A program made the translations under genes and the position numbers. DNA of 64,000 nt from Candidatus Latescibacterota bacterium (GTDB lineage Bacteria > Latescibacterota > UBA2968 > SICM01), in the NCBI GenBank assembly GCA_965217865.1, contig CBDCJO010000002.1, positions 2,496,001-2,560,000 of the forward strand, given 5' to 3'. Positions 22,903-33,578 of the stretch are shown piece after piece (positions within the stretch are counted from its first letter, which is position 1; the number at the start of each line of letters is the position of its first letter). The notes beneath the pieces were generated by a model. That model saw nothing but the letters and a program-made list of their open reading frames with translations. It was not told where the DNA came from and searched no databases.

Positions 22903-23186
22903 CGCAAATCTATAGAAAGGCGAGAGAGATGGGATCCTCCGATCGAGTCGCTCATATTCTCTCCACCGGAGACGGTAGCTTTGAGCGTCCTTATGTCGTA
23001 AATAGTGTCGCAGAGGAATATCTTGTCCTTAAGTACCACGGTAAGACTCCATTAATACAGGCACTTATGGAAAGTTCTCTGGACCGGATAACGTGCAAGG
23101 ACGGCACTACCTACTATTTCGATATTCAGAGCTTCTTTCCCTGGAATGAAGAAAAAGATGAGCCTCCGGGTCAACCCCCTGAATAA
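22896..23186 (+). pseudogene. DUF4919-like C-terminal fragment
   Basis: ILSTGDGS..PYVVNSVAEEYLVL..QAL..D..YYFDI. Confidence 0.5.
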
Positions 23187-23780
23187 TTCATGCCCCTCGT
23201 AGTCGATGAAGAACCTTGCAAAGATAAGGCAGGTTCAGGCAATCAAGGACGGCGGGATCCCTTCGGCGGAAACATCTGGAGGTTCGAGGACGTCGCCGCC
23301 CCTGTTTGATTGGAAAGGAGGAAAGGATGGATAAGAAATGTGGGAAAAATATGGGGTCTGGGTAGTCCTTATGATACCCCCGCTATTAGTTTGGGTAGCG
23401 GCCTATCTGGTCACTAGAGACAAATATCCCTGGCAGGAAAAGGTCGTGCTCTACAAGTGTTGGGCACCAAGTGGTGTCACAAATTTGTATAAAGTTATAG
23501 GCTTATTTGTCTTCGTGGGGATCCCCGGCCGGCGGCGACACCAGCTCCCCCAGCTCTCCCGACATCGATGTCGCCTGCAGGTGGTCTTTTACCGCTCCAT
23601 TATTGACGCAAAATATCCGGAGGCCTCGAGGATCTGGTCCGTGCTCTACAAGATGGGAGAGACGTCTATCGTGGCCGATCCCTTCGGCGGACGTCCCAGC
23701 GAGCCCGGAACTCGTCTTGATAGGCTTGACTTCGGTCCCGGCGGCCTCGAGGGCGCCCACGCTCTTCGTGGGGATCCCAC

Positions 23781-23809
23781 TTGACAAAGCGGGGGAAGTG
23801 GTCTAAAGT
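23781..23809 (+). promoter_or_regulatory. Sigma70-like promoter
   Basis: TTGACA-N17-TAAAGT upstream of the membrane ORF at 23827. Confidence 0.5.
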
Positions 23810-23826
23810 TTGGGTAAAGGGGAAAT

Positions 23827-24024
23827 GTGGTAAAAATAAAGATATGGATTGCGGCTTCTGTTTTATTGATAGCGGGTTTCTCTCAAATGTGGATGATGGT
23901 AAAAGCGTTGTCTGTTTGGACGGGAAGCCTTGTTTTGGGGTTGTTCATAACGCTTGTTAGTTTTCCAATACCGTGGTTCGTGGTCGGCTATTGGATACTT
24001 GAAGGGTCAATACCTTTGGATTAC
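23827..24024 (+). pseudogene. Small membrane protein truncated by IS3 copy 2
   Basis: Hydrophobic segments; the frame runs into the IS end. Confidence 0.5.
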
Positions 24025-25589
24025 TGTATCTATTCTGAGATAACAAGAGAAAAGCAGATAAAGGTCCAAGCAAGATTCAGGCAGCCTTGTGGATGGTCTG
24101 GGATGTTCTTTGCCGATTGATTTCTATGCGGCGCTGCCGAGCCTCCTCCTTTCGACCTTGTCGGTGGTGAAGAATCTTTTGATGCTGGCCTTTATGCCTC
24201 TGAAGAGGCGTGACATACTGTATTGCCCCGTGATAGCGTTCGGCGTTGTAGCTGTGAATGAAGGAATCAATCAGGCCTTCCAGTTGATGGAATGTGAAGA
24301 TGTCCTGGAAGCGCAGCCAGTCGTATTTGAATGTCCGGAAAAAGGCTTCGATCCAGGCGTTGTCCGTGGGTGTTTGATATCGGGCAAACAGCTGCGAGAT
24401 GCCCAGGTCCTTGAAGAATTGGGCCATCGATTTGGCCTTCATCTGAGATCCGTGATCTGAGAGGGCTGTCAAGCTTATGGGCCCAGTGTCCAGGTCCAGC
24501 AGTCCTTCGTTGGCAAGGGCTTGATCCCAGGCCTGTTTGACCTGCTCCACGGTCGCGTTGAAGGAGAGCTTCCATCCTACGATCTTCCTGGAATACACGT
24601 CGAGAATGGCGGTAAAATACAGGAACAAACCGAAAAATGGGATGTAGGTCAGGTCCCAGCTCCAGACCTGATTAGGACCTTCAGGTTTGACCTGGGGCTT
24701 GCTCTGCTTGACCGGCGTCCTCACCTGTTTCCTGCGTGCCAGACGTTCTTTCCTGGCCTGTCGGTAGAAGCTGGAGGCCGAGGCCTGCACTACCCCCTTC
24801 TCTGAGGCTACCACCGCCAGCTGATGGGGAGGCAGATCGGCATAGGTCTCATCCCTTAAGAGGGCCGGGATTTGCTCTTTCTCCTCCCTCAGCAATCCGT
24901 GTGGGGCCTCATCAGGGGCGGGCCCGGGCTTCCCATCCAAAAGCGGGTCCGACACCCCATCCAGCTTCTCTTCTCGATCTCGCCGGCTCCAGGCACAATA
25001 CCGCTGGAGGGGAAGCTGTAGGATCTCGCAAGAACGGGTGAGTTTCACCCCTTTCTCCTTGGCCCGATGGACCATTAAGAGGATCTCGCGTTTGACCTCA
25101 GCTTGCACCCGGTGGCCCTTGATCGGGCCTGTCAGATCCCATTCACACTTTTTTTTAGCAGGGAAAGTTCCACAGATTGCTCAATGATCGTTTGCTCCAG
25201 GCGTGCCCGCTCTTTGCGCAGCTGCTCCACCTCCTCAGCCGATACCATCGGCTTGCGGCTCCGGCGACCCTTGAACTCCTTGAGGGCCCCGGACTTGACC
25301 GACTCACGAATACGCTTTAGATCCGAGGAATGAATGCCCCATTTCCGCAGCACCTGTGCAATGGGAACATCTCCCCGGCTGGCTTCAAGGAAAATCTCAT
25401 ACTTCTGTTCCGGGGACAAGCTCCTGCGCTTCTTGACCGGGTCACTGTTTGAGGACAGTTGCTCCATCTTTACTCCTCCTGTGAGGTCAGGGATATCCCA
25501 AAATATGTATCCCTTCTCAACCCTACAGGCAACCAGGATCTTGCTTCGACCTTGCCCCCGTTTTTTCGGGCGATCTCAGACAAAAGATA
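24025..25589 (-). mobile_element. IS3-family element, copy 2 (1565 bp)
   Basis: Same ends and ORFs as copy 1; OrfB differs by one residue (S to P). Confidence 0.92.
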
Positions 25590-25606
25590 GTTGGAGGAGG
25601 ATCGGC

Positions 25607-26624
25607 ATGCCCAACAGGAAGTACATCGTCCGTCTATGTTGCGATGAGCGGAAGCACTTGCAGGATCTGGTAAGCAAAGGCCGGACACAGGCCTACCGGA
25701 TCCGACACGCACACATTCTGATGAAGGCCGACGCGGATGGCCCTTGCTGGGGCGACGAAGCCATCGCCCAAGCGTTTTCGTGCCACAGACGCACCGCGGA
25801 AGGCATTCGCAAGCGCTTTGTGGTCCAAGGGCTCGACGCAGCCCTTGAGCGGAAGAAGCGGGAACGACCGCCCATCGAACCGATTCTGGACGGCGAAAAG
25901 GAAGCTCGCTTGATCGCCCTGGCCTGCAGCCAGCCGCCGAAAGGTCGTAGCCGCTGGACGCTGGAGTTGCTCGCCGACAAGCTGGTTGAACTCAACATCG
26001 TCGAGAGCATCTCCTATCGGACCGTGCAACGGGCGCTCAAAAAAACGAACTCAAGCCCCATCTGAAAACGTGCTGGGTGATTCCGCCCAGGGAAAACGCC
26101 GCATTCGTAGCTTGCATGGAGAATCTTCTGGACCTGTATCACCGGCCCTATGATCCGGAAAGGCCGCTTTTGGCCATGGATGAACACCCCGTGCAGTTGA
26201 CCGGAGAGACACGCATCCCGGTCCCGGAAAAACCGGGGCATCCCCGACGTTACGACTATGAGTATGAGCGTAACGGCACAGCCGCGAATTTCTTGTTCCT
26301 CGAGCCCCTGACCGGACGTCGGAAGGTCCACGTCCGGGAACGCAGGACCGCCGTAGACTGGGCTTACGAGATCCAGGAGCTGCTTGAGGTGGACTACCCG
26401 GATGCGCAAGTCGTGGTGCTGGTCTGCGACAACCTCAGCACTCACACCATCGCATCTCTCTACCTACGAGGCCTTCCCACCCGAAAAGGCCCGTTCTCTA
26501 GCCAAACGCCTCGAATTGCACTACACGCCCAAGCACGGTAGCTGGCTCAATATCGCCGAGATCGAACTGAGCGTCCTTGCCAGATAATGCCTGCAACAGC
26601 CGCATTCCTGACCTGCAGACCCTC
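25607..26624 (+). mobile_element. IS630-family transposase, 5' part, degraded and 3'-truncated
   Basis: RWTLELLADKL HTH; A7C slippery site (LKK/NELKPHL); AMDE, CDNLSTH; an extra frameshift and a stop at 26585. Confidence 0.85.
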
Positions 26625-26699
26625 CGAACCATGCCGAAAATCTCGCGTATAGGAAGTATAGTATAAAGGTCCTTATCCATTTAGATGATGGTCAAGCCA

Positions 26700-27003
26700 T
26701 CTCTACATCTGGGACTATGAGCGATATTTCGTGCCGGATAAGTCCATACATCATATCATCGATCCAAAGACTGGTCGGTCGGCAACGGCCTTAATAAGCG
26801 CTACAGTGATTGCAAAAACCGCGATGGAAGCTGACGCATTGGCCACCGCGGTTTTCGTGCTAGGCCCAATTAACGGGATGAAGTTGATAAGGTCTCCAGA
26901 TGATATTGAGGCATTGTTAGTCACAAAGGATCGAGAGATATTGATGGTTTCTGGACTTCATCAGCCATGTCATGACCTCTCCTATAGGGGGGTCCCGTCT
27001 TGA
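26700..27003 (+). pseudogene. apbE: ApbE FAD:protein FMN transferase, C-terminal fragment
   Basis: TSGDYERYF, HHIIDPKTG, ADALATAVFVLG. Confidence 0.8.
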
Positions 27004-27135
27004 TCTCAGCATCACAGTGCACTTCGCATAATGTACATGGCCGTGAATGAGGGATGACTCTCAGCCGATGCTGATCGCCTTGGCCTAGATGCAGGGACCG
27101 TGCCTCTCATCCGACTATGCACCATTTGCTGTATG

Positions 27136-27570
27136 CTACGTCTTCTCGCCACTGTCCGTGAGACTTGCGGGCAGTTCGGGGTGGGCCTCCCACCGTTCGA
27201 ATCCATTCAACCAGTACCTCCCGAGTCCGCACTCGTAATCAACAGTCTCATCGCATATGATCTTGCGGGCATGGGCCTGGAGTTGCTCCCAGCCGGCCCG
27301 ACGTTCTCGTCCGAACCACGCGAGAGCGGCCAGATCCATACGCTCTTCGAGAGTCAATTTCAGTATCATGCCCTGGAGTCTCACGTATGACTCCAGCGGA
27401 ACTGGCGGAGTACTTGTCGGCACAAACATGATGATACCACCTATATTCTCAGACTGAGATTTTGACCATTGATCGTCTTCGAGCATCCATTCATCGTATG
27501 CCTGGCTCAATGCCTCCACCTTGCTCCGCTGTATCTGGGGAGGAGGATCTCGTTGTTCCTCTGTTTTCAT
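27136..27570 (-). CDS. DUF3775-like hypothetical protein
   Basis: LTLEERMDLAALAWFGRE..W motif. Confidence 0.45.
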   Translation of the reverse strand: MKTEEQRDPPPQIQRSKVEALSQAYDEWMLEDDQWSKSQSENIGGIIMFVPTSTPPVPLESYVRLQGMILKLTLEERMDLAALAWFGRERRAGWEQLQAHARKIICDETVDYECGLGRYWLNGFERWEAHPELPASLTDSGEKT

Positions 27571-27574
27571 TAGC

Positions 27575-27705
27575 TGTCTAATGTATGCGACACCCTGAAG
27601 GAACTCCCCGCATTAGACAACATCCTGAAGGAACTCCCTGAACTCCCCCCATTCGTGTGACTGTCGCACTCCACTGTTGCAACTCCACTGTTGCAACTCC
27701 ACTGT
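27575..27705. repeat. Iteron-like short repeat cluster
   Basis: ACTCCACTGTTGCA x2.7 (27668-27705), CCTGAAGGAACTCCC x2 (27594, 27623), inverted pair TGTCTAATG/CATTAGACA. Confidence 0.7.
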
Positions 27706-28171
27706 CCCCCCCACGGTCGCTTTTCTGAAGGTTCCGCATCCAAATTTGCCCGGATTCCTGAATAAAGTCGCACACGGAGAGAATCCGATGCCCTGTGGCC
27801 GATTATTGTATCCCCTCTGTGCCGACCAATGCCGGTTTGCTGGCTGGGAAGTATCCGAAGCGCCCGGCAATCTCCGCCACGTATGTTTGCCATCTGTTTG
27901 GCGTCCTTAAATACCAGCCATGGAGATACGTCCCAAAATCCTGATTCTGGTCACACGAAACTGGTCCTTGAATATTCAGAAAGCGGACAGCGTTCCACGC
28001 CTCTTACCTCCACAGGAAACCTGCAAGCCCAGAACGAGAATGGTGACAGTCCAAAGCCCCGTCTCCTGCCTCCACCGGCTCATAGACTACCTCCTTGTCG
28101 CGCTCTACAAGAGCGTTTAATTCTCTCGGCAGAATAGATCATGTGACACGAGCACAGTGGACCCGCTGCCG

Positions 28172-29219
28172 CTACCATGTGAAGGTGAAAAATACCCCCG
28201 TTGGTTGCTGCCGCGCGGGCCTGCTGAAGTCCGGGATCTTGTACCGGTCGGGCACGGTGGACCAGCCGTTGTAGATGTTGCCGCCGACATAGAAGCGCCG
28301 CGGCCGTTCCGGCTCCGGGATCGGCCTGCCCGTCGCGAAGAGTGTGTAGGAACGCTGCGGCGGCTCCGGGTCGATTCGTTCCGCGTGAGGCACGTACTCC
28401 CTGAGACCGTCGCCATCGACGTCCGCATGAATCCAGTCGAGGTGGAGCAGGCGATGGTAGCTGCCGTCGGCGATCATGCCGCGCAGCTCGGCGTTGAACC
28501 GCGAGATGATCGACTCGGCGTCCGGAAACGAGCGACGGACGGCGAGGTGAAGCGAGCGTGTGAGCAGCGGCGTCGAGCCGAACGCGAGCCGCGTTCGAGC
28601 TTCTTCTCCGTGGTTGCGGATGAGGTACTGGATGACCAGGTCGTCCATCAGCGTGTAGTCCACCTCACCGTTGAGGAGTCTTGTGACGCTGTTCTCTTCG
28701 CTGTTCGAGCCAACGAAGATCGGCCCGTCCGTCGTCTCGACCGCCTCGCCATACGCGTACCCGGCTTTTGACCAGGGCGATCCGCTTGCCGGCGAGGTCG
28801 GCCAGCGCGGTCGCGGATACATCGCTGCCCTGCCGCCCGACGAGGATCAACCGGTTCTCGAGATACGGCTGCGAGTAAATCAGCGCGCGTTCGCGCTCCG
28901 TGTCCCTCCAGAGCGCCGCGCTTCCGTCGAACTCCCCGCTCAGCAGTGCGGGCGTCAGCCTGGCTTCGTCCACGATGACCGTTTCGGCGACGATCCCCAC
29001 TCGTTCAAGAGCCGTGTCGACCAGATCGAGAGCGAACCGCGCCTGCCCCGGCGCGTTGGTGAACGGCGACCACGCCGTCGACACGAGCTGCAGCTGCCGA
29101 CCTTGCGCGGCTGCCATGATCGGGTCCGGATCCTGTCCGAACGCCCAAGGCGCGGTTAGCGTCAAGGCCAGCACGGAAATGGCAAGTGTCGTAAGTATGC
29201 TTGTTGGCCGCCGTTTCAT
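28172..29219 (-). pseudogene. Transporter substrate-binding (PBP type 2) protein, one frameshift near 28770
   Basis: STAWSPFT, YSQPYLENRL, LAGKRIALVK/GYAYG, FNAELRGMIADGSY. Confidence 0.75.
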
Positions 29220-29569
29220 TTCAACCTCCGATCTGCGTCATTGAGGCGTGTGCCGACTCGTGGATGAGCACGAGCCGGTATCGAACGTTTGTTAGGTTCT
29301 GATCAGAACGAGAACGTCCTACCGACCTGCACTTGCCTTGGCGTGGCACTGATGGTCAAGTCCCTCATCACCGGAACGTCCGACCAGATGGTTGCGAGCA
29401 GCACGCCGCCCACGGCAAGTCCAATCCCAAGCGCACCGAAGACGTTGACCTGCTCACAATGGAGGGACATCAAGGAAGTACACAGTCTCCTCATCTTCCC
29501 CGCAGGGTCGTCCGACCTGAGTTGCGAGCAACGCGGTGCCTCCAGCCATCAGCGCGACACCCGCCCATG

Positions 29570-29672
29570 TGATATGACCCGGGAAAAGTGGACAGTGGTT
29601 TAAGCCGCTTTTTGCAGCGATAGGCGTTCAAAAAGGGCCGGGGACACATAGTCCAGGTAAGCGTGCAGCCGC
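29570..29672 (-). mobile_element. IS3-family right-end remnant
   Basis: TGATATGACCCGGGAAAAGTGGACA terminal repeat with RLHAYLDYVSP. Confidence 0.7.
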
Positions 29673-29919
29673 GAAGGCGGCACTACTCCTGTTCAGCAAG
29701 AAAGTGGGCTTTACCGACGTTCTCGCCAAGATCGCGACGGCTGTTCCAGAGCACCTAAACTTTAAGCAAGAGCTACGGAAAGTCAGCGATACGCATGTCC
29801 GGTACTTGTTCAGACAGAAAGATGATCCAGCCAGAGATCTTTATCTGGCGGTGCAGGCGTTCAATACTCCAAAAGGAGCAAAGGAATAGTCGGCGCGATC
29901 AGATCAGGAGATGCGGCCC

Positions 29920-29992
29920 GTGAGGTGCTCGCCGGTCTGGTCGAGCGGGTGACCTTCCACAACCCCGAGAACGGCTTCTGCGTGCTGCGCAC
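29920..29992 (+). pseudogene. RecD2-like helicase N-terminal fragment
   Basis: EVLAGLVERVTFHNPENGFCVLR. Confidence 0.75.
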
Positions 29993-29995
29993 TCA

Positions 29996-31419
29996 GGGGT
30001 CATCGCCGAGGTTGAGCGGTTTATGGAGGAAAAAAGGGAGGCCTATGACATCCGAAAGATCTCGTCGTGGTACTGGAAAAATGGAGGAGGGGTGCGGATC
30101 ATCCTGAACTCGGAACGGAATCCCTGGTGGTATGTCGCTTACAAAAAGCTGCGAGAAATCCTCGGAATCCCGGTATTCGCCATGATGCCCCGGAAGGAGA
30201 TCATGGACGACATCGCGAAGGAGATACCCAAATTCGTGGGTGTGAGGTTTCGAATCTGGGGCGGTGAGGGGTGGGGGGGGCCGGGCCCGACGCTCAAATG
30301 TCCGTCTTCATCTACGGGGACGACACAGAAGTATTGGCGAATCTGTCCGAAGAGGTGGAGCGACGGCTGAAGACGATCCCGGAGATCATCAGCCTGGACC
30401 CGGACCGGAACCGCGGAGAGGATGAGATCAGGATCCGGATCGACAGGGAACAAGCCCGGAAGTTGGGGATTACCCCCCGGCAGGTGGGCCGTACGATCTC
30501 TGCGGGGCTCCAGGGGGTGACGCTGCCCCGGTTTCGGGCAGGGGATCGTGAAGTGGACGTCAGGCTTTCCCTGGTAGAGTCACAAAGGACAACGCTGGAA
30601 CAGTTGAAGAACTTCACGTTTACGTCTCGAGAAGGTCAGGAGATACCCTTAAAGGCGATTGCCTCCACGTCGATCCACAGGGGCTCGGAGAACATCACCC
30701 GCTATTTCACGGGGGTCCGCCAGGATATTCGGGTGATCACGACGAAGGACGACTTGAAGACGCTCTATCAGAAGATCGATCGGGCGATGGAGGGGTTTGA
30801 GATGCCGCGGGGTTACCGGTGGGACAAGGGGGAGGGTTACCGGAGACTCGAAGAGACGGCGGAAACCCAGAAGTACGCCATCCTCCTGGCCGTTGTGTTC
30901 GTGCTCCTTCTGATGGGGGGTCTGTTCGAGTCTTTCGTCCTTCCTTTCTCCGTGCTGCTGTCGATCCCCTTCTCCTTCCTGGGCGTCTACTGGACGCTCT
31001 ACCTGACGGACACGCCTTTCGATCAAACCGCGACGATCGGGAGCGTCATCCTGATCGGGGTGGTCGTCAAAAACGGGATCGTCCTGATCGACCGGATCAA
31101 CCAGCTCCGGGTGGAGGGGATGTCCAGGACCGAGGCGATCGTGATTGGGGGCCGTCAACGCCTGAGGCCGATTTTCATGACGACGGCCACCACGGTGTTC
31201 GCGTGGCTCCCGATGGCCATGGGTGCAGGATCGATGTTGGGGACATCTTATGCCCCGATGGGCCGGGCAATGATGGGGGGGATGGTGGTCTCGACCTTTT
31301 TTACCCTGCTCGTCGTGCCGCTGTTCTATACCTTTTTCGACGATCTGCGTGAAATCTTTCGAAGGGCGGCGGCCAGTTTTCAGGGCAAAGGGCGTGAAAC
31401 GATCCCGGTCGCGAGATAG
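29996..31419 (+). pseudogene. RND permease 2, C-terminal half (frameshift in a G-run near 30273-30281)
   Basis: VIAEVERFMEE..., LFESFVLPFSVLLSIPFS, GVVVKNGIVLIDRIN, RLRPIFMTTATT. Confidence 0.88.
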
Positions 31420-31579
31420 GTCTCCCACTTGCGCGTCTTGAACCGGAAAGTTATATTAAATATCCATTTCCCCTATCTTAAAACCTACTCGCCTGGTTCA
31501 CATCGCGCAGCTGTAACGAAAAAAAGATGTACGCATCTTGCCTAGAAGTTGAAATGTGAGACTCTAAAAAGGTGCTGTC

Positions 31580-32950
31580 ATGAAACCCAAATGGCTTCTT
31601 ATCGCGCTTTTTACATTGGCTTTGGGCAGGTCCGAGACGTTTTCCCAGGAGAAAACCGCTTCGGACCCGGAAGGGACGCTTGACCTGACCCTGGAGGCCT
31701 GCGTAGAGATCGCGTTGAAAAACAACCCGGAAGTCGTGAATGCCCGGTACAATGTAGATATTCAGGCACTCGCCTTGCGAACGGCCAAGGGGCGGCTCCT
31801 GCCGTCCATTGACTCTCGCTACGGGGTGAACAAGGCGATCACCGGTCCCCGGCCGGGGCAATTTCTCGATCCGGTCACCCAACAGGTTATCACCTCCCCG
31901 GGCAGGAGCACGGTCAGCAGTTCACACTCGGTGGGGGCCAATATCAGCATACCGATCTACAACGCGAACACACTGGCCAACATCGCCGCAGACCGGGCCG
32001 GACTCCGCGGAAGAAAACAGGATCTCAGGGGCAGCAGAGTGGCCACGGTCCACGCCGTCAAAAAGCGATTCTTCGAGGTTCTTCAGGCGGAGAAGCTGTT
32101 GGCGTTGAACCAGGAGTCGGTTCGCACGGCGGAGGAATCCCTCCGTCGCTCGAAGACCATGTATGAGATCGGGTCGGTGGCCGTATCGGACGTGCTGAAG
32201 GCCAGGTCCGCTCTCGAAGCCCTGAAGGTGACCGTGATCACCCAGGACAACGAGATGAAGATCGCTCGGTCAAACCTGGCTTTCGTTCTCGGGATTGACG
32301 TCAACCGTTCGATTCGGCTGAAAGCCGGTGACCTCACCGTCGAGCCTATGGCGCTCAGTTACGAACAGGCCCTCACAAAAGCCGTGGACCGCCGGCCTGA
32401 CCTGCAATCCAAGAATTTTGACCTGGAACAAACCAGAAGGCAGATGGATGCGGCGAGGGCGTTGATCCGCAGGCCGACGGTCTCGATGAGCGCAGGATAT
32501 TCGTGGCGGACGCAGAACACGCCTTTCCAGGGTATCGAGGATCTTTTTCTACAGAACTACATCTACACCTTCGGGCTGAACATCTCGTTGCCGATCTTCA
32601 ACGGAATGAGAACGGAAAATCAGGGCGACCAGAACGAGCTCAGGTATCTCGTGAACCTGGAACAACTGAGACAGGTCAAGCGGCAGATCGCACTGGATGT
32701 GAAGCAGTCCCTTTTGAATCTGGAACGGGATCGGAAACAGATAGCCGCACAGCAGGAGGCTGTGAAGGCGGCGGAAGAAGATTTCCGATTGGCCGAGGAG
32801 CGCTACAATTTCGGCGCGGGGACGATTCTGGAGCGGCTGGATGCACAGGAGCGGCTCTTCAGGTCCAAGAATCAGCATATCAACGCCATCTATGACTACC
32901 AGAAGCGGCTTGCGGACCTGGAGGCCGCTCTGGGTGGGATTGAAGAGTGA
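31580..32950 (+). CDS. TolC-family outer membrane protein
   Basis: Signal peptide, LTLEACVEIALKNNP, LNISLPIFNG, ERYNFGAGTILERLDAQ. Confidence 0.9.
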   Translation: MKPKWLLIALFTLALGRSETFSQEKTASDPEGTLDLTLEACVEIALKNNPEVVNARYNVDIQALALRTAKGRLLPSIDSRYGVNKAITGPRPGQFLDPVTQQVITSPGRSTVSSSHSVGANISIPIYNANTLANIAADRAGLRGRKQDLRGSRVATVHAVKKRFFEVLQAEKLLALNQESVRTAEESLRRSKTMYEIGSVAVSDVLKARSALEALKVTVITQDNEMKIARSNLAFVLGIDVNRSIRLKAGDLTVEPMALSYEQALTKAVDRRPDLQSKNFDLEQTRRQMDAARALIRRPTVSMSAGYSWRTQNTPFQGIEDLFLQNYIYTFGLNISLPIFNGMRTENQGDQNELRYLVNLEQLRQVKRQIALDVKQSLLNLERDRKQIAAQQEAVKAAEEDFRLAEERYNFGAGTILERLDAQERLFRSKNQHINAIYDYQKRLADLEAALGGIEE

Positions 32951-33021
32951 AGGGGTCGGGTGGGCCGGGGGCCGGAGGCAGGTAAAGGCAAAGGAGAATC
33001 TGTGAAAAAGGGGGTGATGCG

Positions 33022-33486
33022 GTGATGCCAGGAATCCGATCGGTTATGTCTGCCGTCCTTTTTGGGGTTCTGCTCCTATCGTCCGGCCCACGGTCTTACG
33101 CCGAAAGCGGCTCTTTCATGTTTTCCAAGAAGTTTTACGGCGCAGTCTCGTCCGCGTCGAGCCTGTTCTTCTTCAAAGAGGCCTACGACGCCCGGAAGGA
33201 GGCCAACCGGAACTACGATTCCTACAAGACCGCAGGCGATTCCCAGCAGGCCTTGAGCTTCTATAACGAGTCCAAACGGGGAGATACCCGGATGGCGATC
33301 ATGCTTGGCCTCGGAGGCGGTACACTGGCCTACGGGATCTATCTCTTGCTGCTCGACGAGGGTCATGGAATTTTAGATCATGAGAAAGAGGAATTGAACC
33401 GGTTCGAGATCAAAGGCATCGGATTACACGTGGCGAGTGATCTTCAAAACAAGGGTCTTCAATTCTACGTTAACCGGAGATTTTAA
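33022..33486 (+). CDS. Hypothetical exported/membrane protein
   Basis: Signal peptide, hydrophobic helix, C-terminal Phe. Confidence 0.7.
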   Translation: MMPGIRSVMSAVLFGVLLLSSGPRSYAESGSFMFSKKFYGAVSSASSLFFFKEAYDARKEANRNYDSYKTAGDSQQALSFYNESKRGDTRMAIMLGLGGGTLAYGIYLLLLDEGHGILDHEKEELNRFEIKGIGLHVASDLQNKGLQFYVNRRF

Positions 33487-33505
33487 GGCGGGTGTTTTTC
33501 CATTC

Positions 33506-33539
33506 GATAGGGTGAGTCGGGGACTCACCCTATCTTTTT
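33506..33539 (+). terminator. Intrinsic terminator
   Basis: 13-bp perfect stem followed by T5. Confidence 0.75.
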
Positions 33540-33578
33540 GTGAATGTTTCGGGTCACCCGGATATGGGGGATTTTATT

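Noticed and set aside
27594-27705. CRISPR array
   Set aside because: The repeats are 14-15 bp, tandem or only two copies, with no unique spacers and no cas genes.
6100-29995. Integron cassette array
   Set aside because: No intI gene or recurring attC palindromes; the pieces are mid-gene fragments in mixed orientation.
6100-29995. Intact prophage or ICE
   Set aside because: No structural, terminase or conjugation genes, and the recombinases are only tails.
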